Positions 30,701 through 39,708 of a stretch of 46,630 bases of DNA are shown here, piece by piece (positions within the stretch are counted from its first letter, which is position 1; every line of letters begins with the position of its first letter). The notes under the pieces are model-generated. The model saw only the letters and a list, made by a program, of their open reading frames with translations. It searched no databases and was not told the origin of the DNA. The position numbers and the translations under genes are program-made. This DNA is from an uncultured Phycisphaera sp. (GTDB taxonomy: Bacteria; Planctomycetota; Phycisphaerae; UBA1845). The stretch lies in the NCBI GenBank assembly GCA_964421865.1, contig CAYQZH010000005.1:1-46630 (forward strand), read 5' to 3'.

Positions 30701-33460
30701 GACCGCGTTGGGGCGGAGGCGATTGTAGATGGCCGCTCGATCCGCCGCACCAAACTGTGGGTAATTCCCATTGGCGTTGGCGGCGGGATCATCGTTCAGG
30801 GGAGTGTCGGAAGACGCCGGTAATACGATCTCACGTCCGCGCAGAAGGGCCAGTTCCTCCTCGATAAGCGAGGTAATTCCCGGTAGTCCGGCGAATGCGA
30901 AGATGCCGGGAACCTGCTCCAGTGAAATGGAGTCCGGGGGTATCCCTTCCCCCACGGTCGGGTCCATGGCGTCGGCGAACGCCTCGTTGCCCAGGAGCAT
31001 CTCGAAAGCGGAGAGTTCGTTGAGAATCCTTTGCACCACGTCGATCGGGATGCAGGATGGATCCTTGATCAGTGTTCGAAGTCGCTCGGCCGGATCGCGT
31101 GTCGTCCCTGTTCCCGCCGGGGGAACGCAGCTTCCTCCCGGACAAGGGGTTCCCACACCACAGTTCAGGCCGTCTCGAGTTCCGCCCGCACACACGCCGT
31201 CGCCCGGAGTCTGCCCGGTCCCAGGTTTCCATGGACGCCCGTAGCGCTGGATCATTGTGCCGAATGTCGTCGGACTAATCGGGTCATCGCGCTCTAGGCG
31301 GAAGACCTCTGTCGCGGCCTTGTCTTGGTCCAAGAGCTCGGCCAGCGCGTCCTGTGCGTCGCACTCATCAGGCCGGCCGTTCCCATCATTGTCGCAACTG
31401 CTCGCGTCGCGAACGTCGCACTCGTCCGGGATGCCATTGTGGTTGCAGTCGATGTCGCAGGCGTCCGGAATATTGTTGTGGTTGCAGTCCGCGCCGACTG
31501 TCGGACGAGGTCCGCCCGCCGCCACGGTCAGGGGATTGGATCCGACCGCGTCGGTGAGGATGTTCCCGCTCGTCTCGTCCATCCGCCACGACGCTGCCAG
31601 TCCGGCCGTGTCCGCCGGGTTTGAGGTGAACATCGCCCCGTGGATTTCATCCCTCGTGCGCGCGATGTTCCAGACTCTCACATCGGCGATGTAACCGTCG
31701 AATGGGCGATCCGGGGACGTTCCTTCCCCTTGGCCGATCCGCAGCCGACCGGCCAAGCCGCCCGCAGGGGCGCCCGTCACCGTGAACGTCAGTGGCTCGC
31801 GGTTATCAACTTGAACGACATATTCGATCGACGACGGCGAGAGTGTCTTCCGAGTCACAGCGACGTGATACCACAAACCCGTATGTAGGTTCGTATCTGC
31901 AACCACCGTGGCGTCGCTGAGATCGGCACGCTCATGAGTGATGCGCAGATCGCCATTCGCGTCCACCTCGATGGAATAGAGAATGTTGGACGGCAGACTC
32001 TCCCCCGCATCGCCCATCGTGATCACCGACTGGGTGACGCCGAGTCGATGGAGGAGGATCCAGGCTTCAAGCGTCAGATCGCCGGTGATCCGCAGGTCCG
32101 CCGTGGGAGTGGCGAGTTCGACAAGATCATCCGCGCCGTCGAGCTCCAGAATTGTCCGCGTCGTGCGGGTCGACGGGATCGGCGCTTCCAACCCGTCCCA
32201 GCGGCCGTTGCCGTTGCAATCGGGCAGCGTAAAGAACCAGCCCTCGTTGTTCCCGGCAGGGTTCCGTCCCCCTCCCGCGATGGCCAGTCCGTCCGTGGAG
32301 ACGGCGTTGGCCGATCGTAGCGTCCAGCCCTCGAGCCCGGTCGCACCATAGTCCTGTACGAGCAATTCACGCAGATTGCGCATTCCCAGGTCGGCGCGCC
32401 ACAGGAAGGCCTCGTCTCCCGCCGCAGACGTACCCGCACCAACGACGATCGAGCCGTCACCCGAAATGCCGAGCGCCGTGGCAAAGGTGCTCCCGCCCGG
32501 CAGATCGCCAAGCGCGATCTGAGAGCCCGGTCCCGGATTCCCGAATTGGGTTCCGGGGATCCACATGAACGCTTCTCGACCCGCCGCACTCGTACCGTAG
32601 CCAACGGCCCTTCCCCCGTTCGTCACCGCGAACATCTGACTGCCCACGATTCCGCCGGGCAGATCACCCGTCCCTTGAGGGAGGCATGGAGGCCTAAGAC
32701 AGATCGTGTTGGGCCGGGGAAAAACGTACCCATCTTGATTGAGCGAAGAACCTGAATTCTGGTCGCTGCCGGCGACGAAGAAACCACTTGGAGACACAGT
32801 GTTAATGGTGATGTTGGAGGTAATGCCGTTTAGGTCCGGCAGGGCGGTGCTTGCGCCCGATTGCTGCGTCCATCGGAACCCGCCGGTGAACCCGCCCGCT
32901 GCGTTGAATTCGCCAACGACGGTCATGCCGTCGTCTGAAATCGAGGTCGCACGCACGGCAAGCGTCCCGGAAGGCCCGGGGATGATCTGCGCCGGGACCA
33001 GCTCATTTCCCGACTGGACGGCCCGCATCGCCCCGCCGGAGGCGACGCCGCACACGAACGTCTGCGTGCCGACCAACGCGACGTCCGTGGCTGTGCCGAA
33101 GGCCAGCGGCGGTTGCGCGTTGATGATACGGTGAAGGCTTCCATCCGCATACTTGCACGGCTCGTTGCGGAGTGAGGACGCTTCTGATTCCGCGGATCGG
33201 GACTCCCCCACGACCACGGTCACGCCGTTGACGTGAGCCACGCCTTTCGCGTCGCTGCCAATACGTCCTCCTTCCAGGTCGCCAATGCCCTGGAAGCACA
33301 CCTGGAGCAAAGGATCACATCCTTCCCCCGCTTTCGCCCCTCGCGCCCCGACGAGGACGGCCCCGACGATCACGCAAGTCAGCGTCAAGTCCCATCTGCG
33401 CCTATTGGCACGATTGCTTGGATGCCTACCGATCGTTCGAATGTGTTGCATCTGGATCAT
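27773..33460 (-). CDS. Large secreted protein: HAF-type repeats, LamG-like domain, Cys/Asp repeats, long helical C-terminal region (putative TcA-like)
   Basis: GDLPGG...A..ISxDGxxVVG repeats; LTLEAWI/WYHVAV/FDGYIADVRVWN LamG motifs; coiled-coil region then FDLAGRYVMLAARAFAYE. Start uncertain (33511/33460/33451). Confidence 0.8.
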   Translation of the reverse strand: MIQMQHIRTIGRHPSNRANRRRWDLTLTCVIVGAVLVGARGAKAGEGCDPLLQVCFQGIGDLEGGRIGSDAKGVAHVNGVTVVVGESRSAESEASSLRNEPCKYADGSLHRIINAQPPLAFGTATDVALVGTQTFVCGVASGGAMRAVQSGNELVPAQIIPGPSGTLAVRATSISDDGMTVVGEFNAAGGFTGGFRWTQQSGASTALPDLNGITSNITINTVSPSGFFVAGSDQNSGSSLNQDGYVFPRPNTICLRPPCLPQGTGDLPGGIVGSQMFAVTNGGRAVGYGTSAAGREAFMWIPGTQFGNPGPGSQIALGDLPGGSTFATALGISGDGSIVVGAGTSAAGDEAFLWRADLGMRNLRELLVQDYGATGLEGWTLRSANAVSTDGLAIAGGGRNPAGNNEGWFFTLPDCNGNGRWDGLEAPIPSTRTTRTILELDGADDLVELATPTADLRITGDLTLEAWILLHRLGVTQSVITMGDAGESLPSNILYSIEVDANGDLRITHERADLSDATVVADTNLHTGLWYHVAVTRKTLSPSSIEYVVQVDNREPLTFTVTGAPAGGLAGRLRIGQGEGTSPDRPFDGYIADVRVWNIARTRDEIHGAMFTSNPADTAGLAASWRMDETSGNILTDAVGSNPLTVAAGGPRPTVGADCNHNNIPDACDIDCNHNGIPDECDVRDASSCDNDGNGRPDECDAQDALAELLDQDKAATEVFRLERDDPISPTTFGTMIQRYGRPWKPGTGQTPGDGVCAGGTRDGLNCGVGTPCPGGSCVPPAGTGTTRDPAERLRTLIKDPSCIPIDVVQRILNELSAFEMLLGNEAFADAMDPTVGEGIPPDSISLEQVPGIFAFAGLPGITSLIEEELALLRGREIVLPASSDTPLNDDPAANANGNYPQFGAADRAAIYNRLRPNAVDAIGSVGYRSNYGFSNTPSNATASEAFPQGHGDAYGYYLTATTTYLDAFGAAKDEPVPPGFSQNMVESLRTPEGGADCGDFDCESIVDDEGITHAVGFHSVRNMAAAMAAKARAANRIVDLTFRRDYREDADTRLTDTDTARDWGTADWARRGGVGAYLDWAVLNHLLPVPQAGTGDAITEIHRRRMEEVRILASAVDEMQERVDAAGSGLNPLGLVANVVPFRIIQPGQLLDFLEGGASSGQSHYGIVRSAAIEAIKNARGILKRANLASNRLRGNEETFTDFENQVRATDVGFNDRLIEIFGLPSPSDRADNDSEDNDGDGVQLIGGLNDPGDDFIEAGCDGECAGSPDLVNFLVDSETLDALGWVDRAAVGQVQLAMFELRAATLRAQIAEQALSNLEALIQDKAENVALVRDEAIEQLQIQASACSERFSVIDRKKELAEARENRGIFSRVAGLISQVAVCAASNAVGCEPAINSGLGLLGEALGNEFSGSSASSEIGDQFDIEREELRINCWQTASLTRISNDQQIRALEIELEDLIRRTPQGILELAVAETQARQAFAVVRKGFQEGKRLLDERDRNRRVQSDKLQQFRFRDMAFRTFRNQALEQYGAFFDLAGRYVMLAARAFAYEYNERDEVSAQMQRLHHERLLGTESAADQGLESIIARLDQKRQESDFVARLQKLSLFDHGGDEFSLRKNLLGLAINPSEDTDQQQLEKNKAFRAFLESHVVQDLLDVPAFRQFASFDSDRDAGPALVLSIPTEVAGRTFFGQRRGTTFGAPANFDTCSNPKVFEFAILLEGVDNPGAIGVDSQLIFAHFLPVGSSMLRSPEGGNCSLRAVRTWAVVDQRIPGVSAVYRDAGGAILDSFDIPRLATSPELDVINRFPVTQAQIRNTEDPVFQDDLAGWSAWNTQWLLAIPGRQFADPNDDAAVVRRKLLILIFDADENGNPRNPNANLGIDDIKLRIKAYGKPS

Positions 33461-33494
33461 CCCGTCGTCCGGCTTGGCCGTCCCGTCGCATCCA

Positions 33495-35150
33495 TTACTG
33501 CGAACCCGCATCGTCGCTCAACCGCTCCAACCGGAAGTTCCCGCGCACCGTGATCGGCAGCGCCGTGACCCCGGTGATCACTTCGGTGTATTGTCCGGTC
33601 AGTCGATGGGGACCAAAGGTTCCATCCAGGCCTGCCAACTCGTCCGACAATGAGTCTGCTTGGTTTTCGATTTTGATTGTGATCTCACGAGTGATGTCAT
33701 ATCCCTTACGGTGTTCAGGATGGTATCGGTGGCGATAGGGGTTCAACGGATCATTCGGTTGGATATGAAGGGTACCCCGTAGCGTTCCACTCGACCCGAA
33801 TGGGTCCAGCACGTCGGACGCATCCACCGTTAAGTTCACTGGGCGGTCCAGGAGGATGGAGTTGAAGCTCCGAGTGATGGCGCGACCGTCGCGGAACCCC
33901 AGGATGTTGACCGAGTCCAGAAGTCGCGGCCCGGCTGCGCCGGACGAAGGATCCGGTAGATCCAAGATTAGCGTCATCGTCAATGGCGGGGCTTCCGCCT
34001 GCTGGAGCGGGAGATCTTGTACGATGGGGTGGGTGCTGACCTGAGTGAGGGTGGCCCGTCCAATCCAACGACCGAAGATCGGTTCGACGGCGACCTCCGA
34101 AGCGATGACGCTCCGAGAACCCTGCTGATCGGACACATCGATGACCGCCGGGAACGTCTGATTCGCCCCCGCCACGCTGCGCGATCGCGCCGCCGCCTCC
34201 AGCCCCGATCGCCGCGCTCGAAGTTGCACTTCAACCCGCGTCGCACCGGCGGGAACGACCACGTCGAGTCCGTCGGCCAACGAGTGCCAGACCGCTACAC
34301 CGGGTTTCGTCGCATCACGATACTCGAGCCACCGGGCGGCTTCTTCGACTCCGGAACATTCCCCGTCCGCCGAGAGAACCGCGCAGGGACGCGCCTCCAA
34401 CCTCACAGTCCTGGCGCTTTGCGACGACGGCACCTCGAGGCTGAGCGTTCGCAGTGCCGTGGTCCGACCAAAGGACAGTCCATTGATGTCAGCCGAGGCG
34501 TCCAGCGGACCCAAGTAATCGAAGTCCTGTACGACATTCAGCCAATAGGCGGCATTCGGCTGGATCGGGTCCGTGATGGATCGCCTTAAAATGCTGTCCC
34601 CTAAGGCGAAGATGTCATGCTTAACTGGCGAACCCGACGCACGGATCTTGCCCCTCACGCTGGGATGTGAGAAAAACTCTTCGAACGACAACGGGCCCGA
34701 GGTTGGATCCGACAACGCCCCGAAGGGGTTGCTGACCCGGCTCGTGAATCGCGTGCTTCGGATAAGGGGCCGACCCTCCAGGCGCAACCGTCCCGCAGAG
34801 CGCATTCTAATCAGATAGGCTCGGTGTCCCTGCAACGTGCGCAAGGTCGTCAACGCAGGCGGGACATTCTTGTCATGAAAAAGCCACCGCCCCGGTGGTT
34901 GGCCGGGCGAGAGGTCGGAAACCGTGCGGTTCGCGTCGAACGTCCAAATGGCCTGGTAGTCCAGCGGCGTGGATTGCCGGGCAAGAATCTGTTCCAGATC
35001 GTTCGGCTCCGGCTCGAGATTCACCCAAACGGCGTTCCAACCGCTTTGGAGCTGAATCTCCTCGGTTACCAGCTGCGCCTCGGCGATCCCTGAAACACAG
35101 ACCCACGCCGCCACGCAGGCCATCGACGGGATTCGCATTCCGCACCTCAT
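33495..35150 (-). CDS. Secreted hypothetical protein, first gene of RHS/Tc-like operon
   Basis: Signal peptide ending IAEAQ, LQSGWNAVWVNLEP N-motif, NPYRHRYHPEH C-motif. Confidence 0.8.
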   Translation of the reverse strand: MRCGMRIPSMACVAAWVCVSGIAEAQLVTEEIQLQSGWNAVWVNLEPEPNDLEQILARQSTPLDYQAIWTFDANRTVSDLSPGQPPGRWLFHDKNVPPALTTLRTLQGHRAYLIRMRSAGRLRLEGRPLIRSTRFTSRVSNPFGALSDPTSGPLSFEEFFSHPSVRGKIRASGSPVKHDIFALGDSILRRSITDPIQPNAAYWLNVVQDFDYLGPLDASADINGLSFGRTTALRTLSLEVPSSQSARTVRLEARPCAVLSADGECSGVEEAARWLEYRDATKPGVAVWHSLADGLDVVVPAGATRVEVQLRARRSGLEAAARSRSVAGANQTFPAVIDVSDQQGSRSVIASEVAVEPIFGRWIGRATLTQVSTHPIVQDLPLQQAEAPPLTMTLILDLPDPSSGAAGPRLLDSVNILGFRDGRAITRSFNSILLDRPVNLTVDASDVLDPFGSSGTLRGTLHIQPNDPLNPYRHRYHPEHRKGYDITREITIKIENQADSLSDELAGLDGTFGPHRLTGQYTEVITGVTALPITVRGNFRLERLSDDAGSQ

Positions 35151-35260
35151 CTGTTGAGCCCCGGCCACCCATGGTCGCGGCGGAACGCCGCTTCGGAGGT
35201 CGGAGTCACCGTTCGTTCCCTCAGTGGCCGGTCATCGTCGAGCTCCCCGAACCCCTTACA

Positions 35261-35290
35261 AATGCGTAAATCGCCCGCCCGGGGCGTCAC
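35261..35290 (-). promoter_or_regulatory. Putative ECF promoter GTGACG-N18-CGCATT driving the cargo operon
   Basis: Identical boxes and spacing to 35381-35410 on the opposite strand. Confidence 0.65.
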
Positions 35291-35380
35291 CCAATCGAAG
35301 AAAATCGTTAGAATGTTGCTGCGAGCCTGAAGGGCTGGGTACGATGGACCGGCGAAACAACGACGTTTCCCTTGTCGCTC

Positions 35381-35410
35381 GTGACGCTTGTTCCGGTGTT
35401 TTTTCGCATT
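35381..35410 (+). promoter_or_regulatory. Putative autoregulatory ECF promoter GTGACG-N18-CGCATT
   Basis: Directly upstream of the ECF gene; twin of 35261-35290. Confidence 0.65.
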
Positions 35411-35459
35411 AGGTCGTTAGATGGGTTCGATGAGGGATCAGGAGTCAAGGCGGCCGAAC

Positions 35460-36047
35460 ATGGACGAAGCAGGCGGTCCGGTGACGCGATTGCTCGCCGA
35501 CGCGGCGGCGGGGAGACCCGACGCCGCCCGGGACCTTCTGCCGCTCGTCTACCGGTCCCTTCGCGATCTGGCCAGTCGGCAATTCGCTTCCGAGCGAACC
35601 GAGCACACGTTGCAGGCGACCGCCCTGGTGCACGAGGCCTATCTGCGACTGGTCGGGACGAGTGACCTCGGATGGGACAGCCGCGCCCACTTCTACGGCG
35701 CCGCCGCGGAGGCCATGCGCCGCATCCTGATCGAACACGCTCGGCGAGTCGGGGCCAAAAAGCGCGGCGGGGACCGCAAACGCGAGATCGCTTGCGTCGC
35801 CGATCTGGCTCACGAAGATACCGTCAGCGACGCGCCGGAAATTGACGCGGCCATCGAGGCCCTTCGGGCGGATGATCCGCGGGCAGCGAGCGTTATCCAC
35901 CTGCGGTTTTACACCGGCCTGTCGATCGACGAGACCGCTGCGGCGCTGAACATCGCCCCGAGCACCGTGGAGCGCGAGTGGCGCTATGCCCGGGCCTGGC
36001 TCCTGCGGCACCTGCAGAACGGCGATCGCGCGGAGACGCGACCTTGA
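35460..36047 (+). CDS. ECF-type sigma factor (TIGR02999-like planctomycete family)
   Basis: VTRLL, LLPLVY, HTLQATALVHEAYLRL, AAAEAMRRILI, KRGG, W.YARAWL. Alternative starts 35421/35430. Confidence 0.93.
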   Translation: MDEAGGPVTRLLADAAAGRPDAARDLLPLVYRSLRDLASRQFASERTEHTLQATALVHEAYLRLVGTSDLGWDSRAHFYGAAAEAMRRILIEHARRVGAKKRGGDRKREIACVADLAHEDTVSDAPEIDAAIEALRADDPRAASVIHLRFYTGLSIDETAAALNIAPSTVEREWRYARAWLLRHLQNGDRAETRP

Positions 36048-39000
36048 GTCCGGCGGATCGTGAACGCGTCAAAGGATTGCTCGCTCACGCCGCAGGTCTG
36101 CCTCCTCAGCAGCGCAGGGCGTTCATCGAATCCGCGGCCGCCGACCTCCCTGAAATCGCTACGGAAGCTCTCGACCTACTATCTACTCTCGACGACTCCG
36201 GCTTCATGAGCAAGCCCACCGGCGCGGGCTTTTCGGCAGAATCGGTTCCAACGACGGTTCCCCGCGAGCAACCCGGCGCCCGGGTCGGACGATACAAGTT
36301 GCTGCAACTCATCGGGGAAGGTGGATTCGGCTCGGTGTTCATGGCCGAGCAGACCGAGCCCGTCCATCGCCGTGTGGCCCTGAAGATCATCAAGGCGGGC
36401 ATGGACACCAAGCAGGTGATTGCCCGCTTCGAAGCCGAGCGCCAGGCTCTCGCGATGATGGATCACTCCAACATCGCTCGGGTCCTGGATGCCGGAGCCA
36501 CGGAGAGCGGCCGCCCGTACTTCGTGATGGAGCTGGTTCGCGGTGAGCCGATGACTCGGTACTGCGATCAAGAGCGGTTGCCGATTCACCGGCGACTCGA
36601 ATTGTTCCGCGACGTTTGCAACGCCGTTCAACACGCTCATCAGAAGGGGGTCATCCACCGTGACCTCAAGCCTTCCAATGTGCTCGTGACCGTCGCTGAC
36701 GGGGAACCGCTCCCCAAGGTGATCGACTTCGGCATCGCCAAGGCCGTTTCCGGCCGTCTGACCGACCGGACGCTTTTCACCGAGATGCATCAACTGATCG
36801 GCACGCCGGAGTACATGAGTCCCGAACAAGCCGAAGTGTCGGGCGTCGACATCGACACCCGCAGCGACATTTATTCGTTAGGAGTGATGCTTTACGAACT
36901 GTTGGTCGGGAGCACGCCGATCGATGGTGAACGACTGCGCTCCACGCCGCTCGCGGAGATCCAGCGGCTCATCTGTGAGGAAGAACCGCAAAGACCGAGC
37001 CTGCGCCTTGCAACGCTGGAATCATCGTCCGGGGCGCAGCTCTGGACGCCGCCGCAGGCGGCCGGCGATTCCGCCGAATCCTCCGCGATTGAGATCGCGC
37101 GGCGACGGCAGTCGGAGCCCATGCCTTTGACCCGCACCCTACGCGGCGACCTCGACTGGATCGTCATGAAGTGCCTGGAGAAGGATCGATCGCGCCGCTA
37201 TGCGACCGCCAGCGCCCTGGCAGAGGATGTGGCGCGCTATCTGTCGGACCAGCCGGTCCTCGCCACGCCCCCCAGCGCGCGCTACAAACTTCGCAAGTTC
37301 GTACACCGGAATCGAACCTTGGTGCTCGCCGGCGCCGCTGTCGCCGTTGTCCTTGTGTTGGGCGTCATCGGAACCACCCTCGGACTCGTTTGGGCCATGC
37401 GCGAACGGGGTCGGACCCACGAACAGAGGATCATCGCCGAGGCGAACGCCATCACGGCCCGCAGGGAGGCCGAGAGAGCCAACCGCGAGGCGGATCAGGC
37501 TCACGCTGTGGCGGATTTTCAAGCGCAGATGTTTGCGGACGTTAATCCGCAGACCATGGGGATCAAGTTGCGAGCGGATCTGTTGACCAAGGCGCGGGCG
37601 GCAGCGAAGCGATCGGGACGCAACACGGAAGAAATCGACACGCACGTCGAGGAACTCGCAAAGCTCATCGCCGGTATCGATCTCACCGGGATGGCCCTAA
37701 CGACACTCGACGAGAACGTTTTCCAAAGGGCCTTGGCCGTCATTGAAAGACAGTTCGCCGACCAGCCCTTAGTCAAGGCGCGGTTGCTGCAGACCATGGC
37801 CAGCACACTCCGCGAACTGGGTTTGCTCGATGCCGCGATTCGGCCGCAGGAACAGGCACTGGAGATCCGCCGCCAGGTGATTGGCAGCGAACACCCCGAC
37901 GCGCTCGCCTCGATCAGCGAGATGGGCCGACTGCGCCTTGCTCAGGGCAAGCTGACGGACGCTGAGCCGTACCTCCGCGAGGCCGTGCAGGGTCTCAGAC
38001 ATGTGCTGGGCGACGAGCATCCCGACACACTCAGATCGATCGTCAATCTCGGCCATCTGCTCCACGACCAGGGCAAGCTGGCGGAGGCCGAAGCTTTCTA
38101 TCGCGAAGCGATGGAGGAACTCCGCCGCGTGCTGGGTGATGACCACCCCGACACCCTCATTTCGATCGCAATCCTAGGCCAACTGCTTCAGGAAGAGAAT
38201 AGGCTCTCAGAAGCCGAACCGTACTTATATGAGGCGCTGGACAAGCGCCGCCGCGTGCTGGGCGACGAGCACCGTGACACGCTTGAGTCCATGAACAACG
38301 TGGCTATTCTGCTCCTCGCTCAGGGCAAGCTCAAAGAAGCCGAAGCGTACTTCCGCGAGTCCCTGGAGAAACATCGCCGCGTACTGGGCGACGAGCACCC
38401 CAATACGCTCAGCGCAATCAGCAACATGGGCATTGTGCTACGCGCCCAGGGCAGGCTTGCGGAAGTTGAACCGTATTACCACGAGGCGTTAGAGAAACGG
38501 CGCCGCCTGTTGGGCGACGAGCACCCCGACACGCTTACGTCGATCCACAACATGGGCTTCCTGCTCCAGGCGCAGGGCAAGCTCGCGGAGGCCGAGCCGT
38601 ATTGCCGCGAAGCGATGGAAAAGTGGCGCCGGCTGCTCGGCGACGAACACCCCGACACTCTGATAGCGATCAATAATATGGGCGTTGTGCTCCTGACCCA
38701 AGGGAGGCTGTCCGAAGCAGAGCCCTTCTGCCGCGAGGCGATGGAGAAACGCCGCCGTGTGCGCGGCGAAGAGCACTTGGACACGCTCATTTCGATTAGT
38801 AACATGGGGAATCTTCTTCAGGCACAAAGCAAACCCGCGGAGGCCATTGGACTAATGGCCCCGGTAGAGCCTGCGGCTCGCCAGGCATTCGCCGGCAATC
38901 CGGTGCGCCTGGGCCGCTTCCTGACCGCACTCGGACGTGCGCGCGTGTCTACCAAAGAGTTCGACGCCGCAGTGGCCAACCTGAGCGAGGCCCATGCCAT

Positions 39001-39166
39001 CTTGAGCGAGGCAAAGGGCGCAACGGACCGGGACCGCATTGACGTTTTGAGCGGCCTGGTGAAACTCTACGAGGTTTGGCATTCCGCCGAGCCGGATCGA
39101 GGCTACGACACCAAGATGGCCGAATGGCGCGTCAAGCTCATCGAATCGCAAGCAGGGCAAGACTAG
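36044..39166 (+). CDS. Membrane Ser/Thr protein kinase with TPR repeats
   Basis: TTG start overlapping ECF stop (TTGA); GEGGFG, HRDLKPSN, DFG, SPE; one TM segment; many 42-aa LGDEHPDTL repeats. Confidence 0.95.
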   Translation: MSPADRERVKGLLAHAAGLPPQQRRAFIESAAADLPEIATEALDLLSTLDDSGFMSKPTGAGFSAESVPTTVPREQPGARVGRYKLLQLIGEGGFGSVFMAEQTEPVHRRVALKIIKAGMDTKQVIARFEAERQALAMMDHSNIARVLDAGATESGRPYFVMELVRGEPMTRYCDQERLPIHRRLELFRDVCNAVQHAHQKGVIHRDLKPSNVLVTVADGEPLPKVIDFGIAKAVSGRLTDRTLFTEMHQLIGTPEYMSPEQAEVSGVDIDTRSDIYSLGVMLYELLVGSTPIDGERLRSTPLAEIQRLICEEEPQRPSLRLATLESSSGAQLWTPPQAAGDSAESSAIEIARRRQSEPMPLTRTLRGDLDWIVMKCLEKDRSRRYATASALAEDVARYLSDQPVLATPPSARYKLRKFVHRNRTLVLAGAAVAVVLVLGVIGTTLGLVWAMRERGRTHEQRIIAEANAITARREAERANREADQAHAVADFQAQMFADVNPQTMGIKLRADLLTKARAAAKRSGRNTEEIDTHVEELAKLIAGIDLTGMALTTLDENVFQRALAVIERQFADQPLVKARLLQTMASTLRELGLLDAAIRPQEQALEIRRQVIGSEHPDALASISEMGRLRLAQGKLTDAEPYLREAVQGLRHVLGDEHPDTLRSIVNLGHLLHDQGKLAEAEAFYREAMEELRRVLGDDHPDTLISIAILGQLLQEENRLSEAEPYLYEALDKRRRVLGDEHRDTLESMNNVAILLLAQGKLKEAEAYFRESLEKHRRVLGDEHPNTLSAISNMGIVLRAQGRLAEVEPYYHEALEKRRRLLGDEHPDTLTSIHNMGFLLQAQGKLAEAEPYCREAMEKWRRLLGDEHPDTLIAINNMGVVLLTQGRLSEAEPFCREAMEKRRRVRGEEHLDTLISISNMGNLLQAQSKPAEAIGLMAPVEPAARQAFAGNPVRLGRFLTALGRARVSTKEFDAAVANLSEAHAILSEAKGATDRDRIDVLSGLVKLYEVWHSAEPDRGYDTKMAEWRVKLIESQAGQD

Positions 39167-39339
39167 CCTGAGACTGTGACCCAAGGCCCTGTACCTCCTG
39201 AGACTTGAGTTTCGATACTCGCCAGGGGCGTTCTCCCGCCGAATCTCGAATTGCTCGGCCTCGATCGGACGCGGCCGAGTCGCTGCTGGTGTCGGCCCAG
39301 CCACACGTCTCCGACAATTTCTTCCCTCCCGCCCGGTAA

Positions 39340-39468
39340 AGGGGGCGGACCCTCGAATCGCTGATTCAACTCCATGAAGCGCGCCACGCGGACATGCCCG
39401 TCAACGGCTTCGATGCAAAGGCCACCGAATGGCGAGCCCGCCTCGCGCAACGCAGGTCAGACCCTTAA
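39340..39468 (+). pseudogene. Relic 3' end of another kinase-TPR gene
   Basis: Translates TLESLIQLHEARHADMPVNGFDAKATEWRARLAQRRSDP*, matching the C-termini of the neighbouring kinases (VLSGLVKLYEVWHSAEPDRGYDTKMAEWRVKL). Confidence 0.75.
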
Positions 39469-39672
39469 CCATGCGCCGGTTCCGCAATCAGATTACGTTC
39501 CGAAGCGCATCGCGAGGCCTATCCGGAGATGGCGTTTGGAGCTCGTGCGTGACTTGTTGGACACCGCAATTCAGGTATCTTCAGCTGTTATGTAGTATGG
39601 AGGTGGGTTGGACGATGCGGCGCAGAAGGACGCCGGGAGGATACGTAAACTACCGTAAATTAAAAGGTTAAT

Positions 39673-39708
39673 GCGGGCGTAGCTCAATGGTAGAGCATCA
39701 GCCTTCCA
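39673..39708 (+). repeat. tRNA-Gly 5'-half copy 3
   Basis: 36/36 identical to 45444-45479, then a 1-nt insertion relative to copy 2. Confidence 0.95.

Larger units (their letters stand above)
20061..39672. mobile_element. Cassette/genomic islet 2 (19,612 bp), no integrase gene
   Basis: Bounded by tRNA-Gly 5'-half repeats at 20061 and 39673 with arm motifs. Confidence 0.8.

Noticed and set aside
37880-38820. Regular ~126-bp repeats resembling a CRISPR array
   Set aside because: They are in-frame 42-aa TPR coding repeats; no unique spacers or cas genes.
19709-39207. 13-bp match CAAGTCTCAGGAG (19709-19721) / CTCCTGAGACTTG (39195-39207) in inverted orientation
   Set aside because: Short, with little flanking similarity; could be an IS/MITE scar but is not supportable.
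523-39708. Three additional tRNA-Gly genes, or split/intron-containing tRNAs
   Set aside because: No 3' anticodon stem, T-arm or acceptor 3' strand follows any copy; they fit att repeats better.
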